A stretch of 44,526 bases of DNA from an archaeon (GTDB taxonomy: Archaea; Nanobdellota; Nanobdellia; Pacearchaeales; GW2011-AR1). The notes under the pieces are model-generated. The model saw only the letters and a program-made list of their open reading frames with translations, searched no databases and was not told where the DNA came from. Position numbers and translations under genes: made by a program. Shown in pieces: positions 9,610 through 16,789 of this stretch; the first letter of the stretch is position 1; each line of letters begins with the position of its first letter. The stretch spans positions 68,821 through 113,346 of the forward strand of contig JBDRNS010000005.1 of the NCBI GenBank assembly GCA_043810865.1, in the 5' to 3' direction.

Positions 9610-10059
9610 TTATATTTTTGGATTATTGAATACTTTATTTATTTTATCAACAACTGATAAAAAGAAATCCTTATCTTTTTGATGAGTCAGAAGATTGACT
9701 ATTTCTTCTTTCCTGCACCATCTTGCTTCAGGATTCATAGGGTCAACAGGACTGAGTTTTGACTGTTCTGTTTGGAACAAGAACATAAATATTTTTTTCA
9801 ATTCGGAAAAATCATCTTTTTTGTCAAGGGCTATTTTGTATCTTTCATAACTGCCAAGTTCTTCCAGAAGTTCAAGATTATTTACTCCGGATTCTTCGTA
9901 AATTTCTCTTTTTGCCGCTTCGAGGGCGCTTTCTCCTTTATCAATATGCCCTTTGGGTAATGACCATGATTTTCTGTTTTGGTTTACTATTAAAAATAAT
10001 CCTTCTTTGTTCACAACCACACCTCCTGCACTTTGTGTCTTTTTGATATTTGATTTCAT
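9610..10059 (-). CDS. NUDIX hydrolase
   Basis: SAGGVV; WSLPKGHIDKGESALEAAKREIYEESG Nudix box. Confidence 0.9.
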   Translation of the reverse strand: MKSNIKKTQSAGGVVVNKEGLFLIVNQNRKSWSLPKGHIDKGESALEAAKREIYEESGVNNLELLEELGSYERYKIALDKKDDFSELKKIFMFLFQTEQSKLSPVDPMNPEARWCRKEEIVNLLTHQKDKDFFLSVVDKINKVFNNPKI

Positions 10060-10072
10060 TTAAAGCAGAAAT

Positions 10073-10285
10073 TTATTTTTTACTTTCGAACTCAGAGTAA
10101 TGACATTTGCCGCAGTAAGCTCTTCCTTTTGAAACCATGAGAAAAACTCCCGGGCCGCATCTGGGACAAAACTTTTCTCTTGTTACCTTGCCGTTATCAA
10201 TTTTGTATTTAGTATACTTCTTACTTGTCGGCTTGTTCTTGTGCGGTTTTTTCCCTTTCTTTACTGATTTCTTTTTCTTGCCCAT
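10073..10285 (-). CDS. rps27ae: 30S ribosomal protein S27ae
   Basis: CPRCGPGVFLM...RAYCGKCHY zinc finger; position after S24e. Confidence 0.93.
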   Translation of the reverse strand: MGKKKKSVKKGKKPHKNKPTSKKYTKYKIDNGKVTREKFCPRCGPGVFLMVSKGRAYCGKCHYSEFESKK

Positions 10286-10570
10286 TTATTTTGCAGGTTT
10301 CTCTGATTTAGTTTTTTTATTTTTATTTTCTATTTTGTTTTTGTCTTCTTCTGAGTTGTAAACAAAAGCATTAATTATAAAGTTGTTTGAGCCGAATTTT
10401 CCGTTTATTTTTTTCATTTCCACATTTCCGGCAGGCAGAGAGAATTTGTCTGAAATTAATTTCTTTATCTCTTCTGTTTTCGGCGTTATTTTTGTTTCAA
10501 TTTCAAGTGATATCTCTTTTCTGTTGAAGAGCTTGTTTTCAAATTCATTCAGAACTCTTACATTTTCCAT
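10286..10570 (-). CDS. rps24e: 30S ribosomal protein S24e
   Basis: ENKLFNRKEI, TP, KFG, VY; conserved gene order. Confidence 0.88.
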   Translation of the reverse strand: MENVRVLNEFENKLFNRKEISLEIETKITPKTEEIKKLISDKFSLPAGNVEMKKINGKFGSNNFIINAFVYNSEEDKNKIENKNKKTKSEKPAK

Positions 10571-10571
10571 T

Positions 10572-10757
10572 TTATTTTGCTTTGATTGCGTAATTCCCTT
10601 TCTCTTTGAGATTTAATTTTTTTGCAATTTCTGATTTTTCAGGGTTTAGAATTACTGTTCTTCCCTTGAATGAATCGGTTGATTCCTTGGAATTACAGGC
10701 AGGACATTTTTCCCCCTCGAAAATTCTGCTGCATTCCCTGCATGCTTTTGATTTCAT
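10572..10757 (-). CDS. spt4: Transcription elongation factor Spt4 (RpoE'')
   Basis: KACRECS..CPACNS..NPEKSEIAKKL..GNYAIK. Confidence 0.93.
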   Translation of the reverse strand: MKSKACRECSRIFEGEKCPACNSKESTDSFKGRTVILNPEKSEIAKKLNLKEKGNYAIKAK

Positions 10758-10758
10758 T

Positions 10759-11379
10759 TTATTTTTTCTTTCCTCCTTTTGCTTTTCCTGACTTTCCTGT
10801 TTCTTTAGATTCTGCTTTCAATGCTTTTTTGGTTTCTTTTTCTTTTTTCATTTGCTCTTCCTTAATCCATTCAATTTTTCCAAGTCCCGGCTGTCTCATT
10901 GTAAGTCCAATTTTTGGAGCATCTCCTTTATGGCTTATTGCGACAATTCTCGCGATGCACAAGTCGCCTGTTTTAAGGGCTTTTTTTGTGTTTTTTCCAA
11001 GCAGAGAATTTGTCTTGCTGAAACTTACAAAGTCGTTCATTGTTTGGCTTATGTGAATCATTCCCCTCATTGCTCCCATATCAAAGAATGCGCCGAAGCT
11101 TGTTATCTCCGAGATTATTCCGTAAGCGAGTTCCTGTATCTCCGGCTTCCATGTTACAAGAGTAAATTTTGAACTGTAATATGCCGCGCCGTCTCCCGGA
11201 ATTATCACGCCTTCACCGACGCTGACAACTTCAACCACTGAAATTACTTTTCCTATTTCTTTGTCATAATGGTCTTTGTAGATTTCTCTAAGCTGCTGGT
11301 CGACAGCTTTCTCGGTTGGCAGTCCGAACAGCTTCGGTTCAACTCTTACATAGTCCTCAACTTCAGTTAAATAGAACAT
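10759..11379 (-). CDS. rpoE: RNA polymerase subunit Rpo7 (E')
   Basis: GEGVIIPGDGAAYY, FGAF, GMIHISQ, KIGLTMRQPGLGK. Confidence 0.95.
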   Translation of the reverse strand: MFYLTEVEDYVRVEPKLFGLPTEKAVDQQLREIYKDHYDKEIGKVISVVEVVSVGEGVIIPGDGAAYYSSKFTLVTWKPEIQELAYGIISEITSFGAFFDMGAMRGMIHISQTMNDFVSFSKTNSLLGKNTKKALKTGDLCIARIVAISHKGDAPKIGLTMRQPGLGKIEWIKEEQMKKEKETKKALKAESKETGKSGKAKGGKKK

Positions 11380-11416
11380 GAAAATTATAACGAAGATTGG
11401 TTTTTAAAGATTTCCT

Positions 11417-11564
11417 GCTCGTAAACTCGCAGATATTATCTGGTTCCGAATTCTGCTCCGCTTGAATTCTCCGCTGAAAAGTTTTAATGCATTAATTTTT
11501 TTCTTTAGCGAGATTTCTGACTAAATCAGAGTGAAGTATATTAATAAGCGAGCGATAGCGAGTG
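11417..11564 (-). repeat. Intergenic repeat family copy A (inverted relative to copies B-E)
   Basis: Reverse complement contains cgctaaagaaaaaaattaatgcattaaaacttttcagcggagaattcaagcggagcagaattcgga, matching 25172-25239; ends carry CTCGC/GCGAG motifs. Confidence 0.8.
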
Positions 11565-11572
11565 TATTTTTA

Positions 11573-11911
11573 TTAAACAATCTCCAGTTTTTTCTTTCCT
11601 CTTAGAATCATCTTGTGATTTTTAATTCGGGTTTTTATTTCTCTGTCAAGAGTTGCAATAATGATTTCAGGATTTTTATTCGCAAAATTTATGATTGCTT
11701 TGTCTGTGTTTCTTCCTTTTAATTCAATTTTTTGGAATTTGTTTGCCTTTAAGATGTTCAGCGCGGATTCTTTTTTCAGCCCTTTAATTTCTTTTATTAC
11801 TTTATCAGGAATTAAAATTTTCATTCCGTGCATTTCCAATTCATCAAAGAAATCTATTTTTTGCTTTATGCAGGAGAGGATGAAGCTTGTATCCAAAAGT
11901 ATTTTTTTCAT
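11573..11911 (-). CDS. PIN-domain protein (Fcf1/Utp24-like)
   Basis: ILLDTSFI, VIKEI, NTD, IATLDREI; usual position upstream of rpoE. Confidence 0.85.
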   Translation of the reverse strand: MKKILLDTSFILSCIKQKIDFFDELEMHGMKILIPDKVIKEIKGLKKESALNILKANKFQKIELKGRNTDKAIINFANKNPEIIIATLDREIKTRIKNHKMILRGKKKLEIV

Positions 11912-11976
11912 TTTACTTCAAGGAAAATGTTATATAAAAAGTTAACATTTATTAAGTTAATTTAATTACTTTTTTT

Positions 11977-12792
11977 ATGGCTGGGGAAAAACAAAGAGCC
12001 GGAAAAAGGAGAATTTCTGTCAAAAAAATGAACGGCGAGACAGAAATTTATAATCCTGAAAAGCTGAGGAAATCTCTGGTGCGTGTCGGTGCTGATGATG
12101 AGACAATTAACAGAATTCTTGAAAAAGTTGACAGAATTTTGCATGATGGAATAGAAACAAAAAAGCTTTTTGATTTTGTTCATAAAGAATTAAACAAAAC
12201 GCGTCCTGCTGCAGGATTAAAATATAATTTGAAAAGTGCAATGGTGAGAATGAGAATTCATGGGGGTTTTGTCTTTGAGAAATTTGCAGGAAGAGTTCTT
12301 GAAAAGCAAGGGTATAAGATTCAAATGAATCCTGTAATTCAGGGAGAATATGTAACCCATGAAATTGATGTTTTTGCTCAGAAAGGTAGTGAGAAATTAA
12401 TGGTTGAAGTCAAACACCATATGGATTCCGGAGAGAGAGTTCCGATACAGACGGCTTTGTATGTTTATGCGCGTTTTTTGGAAGTAAAAAAGAAATTTAC
12501 AAAACCCATGTTAATTACAAATGCGAAATTTTCCGAACAGGTTGTTTATTATTCAAAAGGTGTTGGCATTCGGTTAATGGGGTGGAAATATCCTTATCAG
12601 GACAGTTTGGAAGACAATATCGCGAGATACAATCTTTATCCGATAACTATTCTGGAAATGCCTGAAAATGAGATAAGGAAATATCTTGAAAAAAATATTC
12701 TGACAATTCAGGAACTCAGGGAGCAAAAAGGAATTTCTGAAGATATCAGGAGAAAAATTGATGCTGTTTTGAGGAATGAAGGGGAGAAGTAA
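11977..12792 (+). CDS. ATP-cone domain fused to Mrr-like restriction endonuclease domain
   Basis: VKKMNGETEIYNPEKL (ATP cone); GFVFEKF, HEIDV, MVEVKHH, LITNAKFS (PD-(D/E)xK). Confidence 0.82.
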   Translation: MAGEKQRAGKRRISVKKMNGETEIYNPEKLRKSLVRVGADDETINRILEKVDRILHDGIETKKLFDFVHKELNKTRPAAGLKYNLKSAMVRMRIHGGFVFEKFAGRVLEKQGYKIQMNPVIQGEYVTHEIDVFAQKGSEKLMVEVKHHMDSGERVPIQTALYVYARFLEVKKKFTKPMLITNAKFSEQVVYYSKGVGIRLMGWKYPYQDSLEDNIARYNLYPITILEMPENEIRKYLEKNILTIQELREQKGISEDIRRKIDAVLRNEGEK

Positions 12793-12794
12793 TG

Positions 12795-13028
12795 GCTCGC
12801 ACTTTGTGCTCGTTTTATTTGCGTTCGCTTCGCTCACGATAGAGATAAATTAAATGTTAACAAAAAGGATTTTTGAGCAGGACTATTAGGAGTTGCAAAA
12901 TAAATCAATTTTTTCTTTTATGATTATTCATCTTTTTAAGAAAAATTTAATGTATTAGAATCTTTTTCGCGGAGAATTCAAGCGAAGTTTGGCGTAGAGT
13001 ATATTAATTAGCGAGCCGAAGGCGAGCG
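12795..13028 (+). repeat. Intergenic repeat family copy B
   Basis: Contains aagaaaaatttaatgtattagaatctttttcgcggagaattcaagcg and ends atattaattagcgagccgaaggcgagcg. Its left end gctcgcactttgtgct is the reverse complement of 25255-25270. Confidence 0.7.
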
Positions 13029-13076
13029 TATTGTTAACAGACAAACTTAAAAATCACTGACTTCTTTATTTATTTG

Positions 13077-13189
13077 GGGTGCGTAGTACACTGGTAGTAT
13101 GGCTGCCTCCAGCGCAAATCGGAGATTTCCACTCTCCGCAAAATTTGCAGAGAGAGCAGCAGAAGGGAGTTCGATTCTCTCCGCGCCCA
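13077..13189 (+). tRNA. tRNA-Trp(CCA) with 42-nt intron (13113-13154)
   Basis: Acceptor GGGTGCG/CGCGCCC; anticodon stem GCTGC/GCAGC; T arm GGGAG-TTCGATT-CTCTC; relaxed BHB with intron stem GCAAAT/ATTTGC. Confidence 0.9.
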
Positions 13190-13252
13190 TCTTTCTTACT
13201 ATGAAGTAATAACAATAAAAGGATTTATAAAGAAGGGTATCTTTGGTTTGAT

Positions 13253-13384
13253 ATGGATAAAGACAATCTGAAGAAGTTAAATAAGAAAGAACTAATTAAA
13301 GTAATTGACTCATACAAAGAGAGGTTGGCTGTTGCAGAAGAATACATGAAAGTTATGACTTTGGAACCTAAGCAAAGTTTTTAA
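13253..13384 (+). CDS. Small hypothetical protein (43 aa)
   Basis: MDKDNLKKLNKKELIKVIDSYKERLAVAEEYMKVMTLEPKQSF*; tttataaa about 22 nt upstream. Confidence 0.5.
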   Translation: MDKDNLKKLNKKELIKVIDSYKERLAVAEEYMKVMTLEPKQSF

Positions 13385-13414
13385 TTAAAGTTATCTGTTT
13401 TTGTTATAAAAGAT

Positions 13415-13555
13415 ATGATAACTCTAAAGTGCGGATGCAAAGTTGATGAAAGAGGAAAATTTATTCTTGGCGAGAGATGCAAAAACTGCAAGGAATGCAA
13501 TGCGATGAAAGAACTGCATCCGTTTGGAGAAAAAAGATTTAAGGATTTGCATTAA
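13415..13555 (+). CDS. Small Cys-rich putative zinc-binding protein (46 aa)
   Basis: MITLKCGCKVDERGKFILGERCKNCKECNAMKELHPFGEKRFKDLH*. Confidence 0.6.
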   Translation: MITLKCGCKVDERGKFILGERCKNCKECNAMKELHPFGEKRFKDLH

Positions 13556-13634
13556 TTTCTTCACTCTAAAAATAAAACACTTATTTTTAAACTAGTGAAA
13601 AGAAAATATTTTTAAAAATTTTAAAGAGGTGCAA

Positions 13635-13757
13635 ATGTCAATTGACGGAAGACATTATGTCTGCAAAAAACACAAGAAACATAAATATTACAGCAGATTG
13701 AAAATGACGTGGCTTTGTCTTGAATGCGAGTTTGAGGAAGTTGAGTATAGAAATTAA
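13635..13757 (+). CDS. Small putative zinc-ribbon protein (40 aa)
   Basis: MSIDGRHYVCKKHKKHKYYSRLKMTWLCLECEFEEVEYRN*; GAGGTG Shine-Dalgarno directly upstream; CxxH...CxxC. Confidence 0.55.
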   Translation: MSIDGRHYVCKKHKKHKYYSRLKMTWLCLECEFEEVEYRN

Positions 13758-15268
13758 TTTCCCGGATAGTAAATATCTGTTCCATCAGATGATTTTATGC
13801 CAACAAGTTCAACTCCTGTTCTTCCATCTTTTGCAATTTCTAATTGCCCGACGATTCTTCCCTCTAAACCATAATTTTTGATATAGTCGAGAGTTCTTTC
13901 AGGAAATTGTGTTGTGACAAATCCCTCATTTCCCATAGGCCATTTTGCACGAGCAATTTCGGGGAGAATATGTCCTCTTTCTACAAAAATATTTTCTCTC
14001 CAATCAGCAGGAAACAAGTTTTCTAATCTTGCAAAAATTCCGTATTTTGCTAAGGGTCTTGCAAGTTTTCCGTTAAATGCACCACCGCTCATGTGATAAA
14101 AACTTGTTGCTAAATTATTTTCTCTTAATTTTCTGAATAAAAGATAAAACATTGTGGATGGCTCCTGAAGAAATTCCAAAAATTCTCTTCCAGTATCTGT
14201 TGTATGCCATTCCAATCCCAACCATTCAATCATAATTCTTCTTTTATCAGTTATTCCGTTAGACCTTGGGTTTGGTTTTCCCCTTATTGTAATAAGATAT
14301 TCTCCTGCAGATGGTTTTGGAGGATTTCTAAGTGTTGATTCATCAATAGTGCTTACCGCAGAGCCACTTATATTTATTGTTTTAATTCCTTTTTTATAAC
14401 TTCTGATTCTTTCCCTAACATCTTCACATTGAACTATGTAGTCAATATCAAGAGCATGTCCTAAAATTTTGGCTTCTTCTTCGATTGCAAATTTAAAAGA
14501 AGAATCTTCAAGATTAATTCCTCTTGTTTCCACAACATCAGAAACAACTCTTACAATTGCCCCTAATTTTGCTTTATCATCTGTTTTCATTACCAGGGAA
14601 TCTCTTAATGGCAAATATAGATTTCCGCTCCTTTCTGCGAATTCTGGTTTTGTTCCCGTACCATCAGAACCAACATAAACTGCATTTCCATCAGGATCAA
14701 AAATAGCATAATTGGTTTTTCCATTGGTGAAAATTCCTGTTTTATTTATGAGTTTAAATGCCCCAAGTGTTTTATCTTCTTCACATAAATCCTGGGCTGT
14801 CCAGTTTAAGGGTATTATGCTTATCATCGTGCCTGATAGGTTTGCAGGAACTGTCACACGATTTCCTAAACCAGCTAGTTCCCCATTTAATATTGCGAGT
14901 CCAAAGTGATTCGCCCTTTCGACAAGGGAATTTCCTATATTTTTGACGAGTTCAGGATTAATTTCGCTGGCGTCTATAACGTTAGCAAATCCTACAGGGG
15001 TTGCACCTATATCTTCCGAGGCACTTACAAGACGGTCAACCAAAGAACTTGCATATTTTCTTACATCATTTTCTTGAGGGTTTCCTCCTGCAGAATGCAC
15101 GACAACTAATTGGTTTTTTGGAATTCTTAAAACAGAAATTCCATTCATTCCTTCACTAACAACTTCAACATGCCTAGAATTCTTTAAGGTTGGAGAACAA
15201 ATCTTCGCTATTAGAGCAGAACATTCGTCGCCCCTTTGAATAACTTTTTCTTGATATTCATCACCCAT
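13754..15268 (-). CDS. PurM/AIR-synthase-like protein with a duplicated N-terminal domain
   Basis: SDGTGTK (cf. PurM DGVGTK), RSNG, HMSGGAF (cf. HITGGG), PMGNEG; extra about 170 aa N-terminal domain with GATPVGFANVID and ILNGELA. Confidence 0.75.
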   Translation of the reverse strand: MGDEYQEKVIQRGDECSALIAKICSPTLKNSRHVEVVSEGMNGISVLRIPKNQLVVVHSAGGNPQENDVRKYASSLVDRLVSASEDIGATPVGFANVIDASEINPELVKNIGNSLVERANHFGLAILNGELAGLGNRVTVPANLSGTMISIIPLNWTAQDLCEEDKTLGAFKLINKTGIFTNGKTNYAIFDPDGNAVYVGSDGTGTKPEFAERSGNLYLPLRDSLVMKTDDKAKLGAIVRVVSDVVETRGINLEDSSFKFAIEEEAKILGHALDIDYIVQCEDVRERIRSYKKGIKTINISGSAVSTIDESTLRNPPKPSAGEYLITIRGKPNPRSNGITDKRRIMIEWLGLEWHTTDTGREFLEFLQEPSTMFYLLFRKLRENNLATSFYHMSGGAFNGKLARPLAKYGIFARLENLFPADWRENIFVERGHILPEIARAKWPMGNEGFVTTQFPERTLDYIKNYGLEGRIVGQLEIAKDGRTGVELVGIKSSDGTDIYYPGN

Positions 15269-15313
15269 TTTAACAAGTAAAGATTATGGTTTAAATTAAT
15301 TTATATGGCGAAA

Positions 15314-16039
15314 TCACAACTTCCTGACTTTTCCAAAATCGAAAATCTCCCCGTCGTCGTTGATTGCATGAACGCTGAAATTTTTTATGTCTTTTTGCGG
15401 AATTACTGAGAAACCTTTTTCATTTTCATAATAATTTTCGTTTACAGGCGTGCCTTCAATCATGCCGAAAAAACTTGGAACAATTATGGCTTCTTTTTCT
15501 TTGTATTTTCCTGTGAGGAAACATTTGTATTTTTCTCTTTTTATGTTTGCCTTGTCTGAAAGAAGAACAGAAGGATGCAAATGTCCAATTACCCAGATTT
15601 TTACTCTCTCGGCAAAAACCTGCGGAAAATCGAGATGCCCGTGGAAAAACATGATTCCTGAATTGAAATAATAATTTTTCATTTTCTTTCCCGCGAAGTC
15701 AAACTTGTCGTGGTTTCCTTTTATCAGAATAATATCGCTTTCTTTAACATAATCTCTCAGGAATTCAAATATTCTTTTTATGTATGACTTTTCTTTCCAT
15801 TCATAGCCAAAGTAATGTTTCAAGTCGCCGAGGAAAACAATTTTTTTCAGAGGGAATCCAAGATTTTTTATTTTCTCAATGATTTTTTTCAAATCATTTA
15901 TTATATTATCAATTTGTGTCTCAGGAATCTGAAATCCTGACTGCACTAATGCATTTTCATAGCCAAGATGCAAGTCGCCGACTGCTAAAATTCCCCGTTC
16001 TGGGAAGAAAACGGATTTTTGGATAAAGATGTGGTTCAT
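15314..16039 (-). CDS. Metallophosphoesterase (Lhr-associated type)
   Basis: GDLHLGYE, LGDLKH, KGNHD, FHGH, GHLHPSV. Confidence 0.9.
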   Translation of the reverse strand: MNHIFIQKSVFFPERGILAVGDLHLGYENALVQSGFQIPETQIDNIINDLKKIIEKIKNLGFPLKKIVFLGDLKHYFGYEWKEKSYIKRIFEFLRDYVKESDIILIKGNHDKFDFAGKKMKNYYFNSGIMFFHGHLDFPQVFAERVKIWVIGHLHPSVLLSDKANIKREKYKCFLTGKYKEKEAIIVPSFFGMIEGTPVNENYYENEKGFSVIPQKDIKNFSVHAINDDGEIFDFGKVRKL

Positions 16040-16115
16040 GATAAAAAATAATCAAGGAGATGTTTAAATAAGTTATGAGGGAAAAGTTTAATAGATTTGG
16101 TAGTTTAGGAAAAGG

Positions 16116-16721
16116 ATGGGTTATTACTGCTCTGAATGTGGAGAAGATATTGATAAAAAAATTTATGATTATTCTAAAGAAAAATATGAGAAAATTTTAT
16201 GTAGAAATTGTCAAAATTTAAATAATAAAAATGAAGGTCTTTCAGATAAAAAAAGTAGATTTACAGAAGGAATGATTAAAGGAAGAATAGCAGAAACATT
16301 AATTGAAGAATTATTTCTTTCTCTGGACTATAATGTTTTTAGATATGGTATGGAAAATACAGTTCCAGGAATTATGAAATTGTTAAAGGGAGTTAGAGGA
16401 GATGTTGCAACAAATATTAGAAGAATGCCTGATTTTGTAGTGCAAAGAGGAAAAGAAGTTTTTTTTGTAGAAGTAAAGTTTAGAGCAAGCGAGGAATTTT
16501 CAAAGAAAGATTTGCCAAAAAATTATCCTTTTGAAAATGCATTTTTTATTATAGTGTCAAGAAAACGTATCAAATGTATAACTTATTCGGAGATTATGGA
16601 AGGAAAAGAGATTACTCCTACTAGTAAAAACTATCTTGGAGCTAGAAAAGAATTTGATTTAGATAAACAAATAATAATAGATTTCTGTAATTTTGCAGTA
16701 AAATTCTTTGAGAATGTTTGA
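16116..16721 (+). CDS. Zinc finger + PD-(D/E)xK nuclease-like protein
   Basis: CSECG...LCRNCQ; KGRIAE, RRMPDFVV, FFVEVKFR. Confidence 0.75.
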   Translation: MGYYCSECGEDIDKKIYDYSKEKYEKILCRNCQNLNNKNEGLSDKKSRFTEGMIKGRIAETLIEELFLSLDYNVFRYGMENTVPGIMKLLKGVRGDVATNIRRMPDFVVQRGKEVFFVEVKFRASEEFSKKDLPKNYPFENAFFIIVSRKRIKCITYSEIMEGKEITPTSKNYLGARKEFDLDKQIIIDFCNFAVKFFENV

Positions 16722-16789
16722 TATAGAAAAATTTAATAAACTTTAGAGTGAGAATAGAAATTAATTACCACCATCAACAGATGGTTTGA

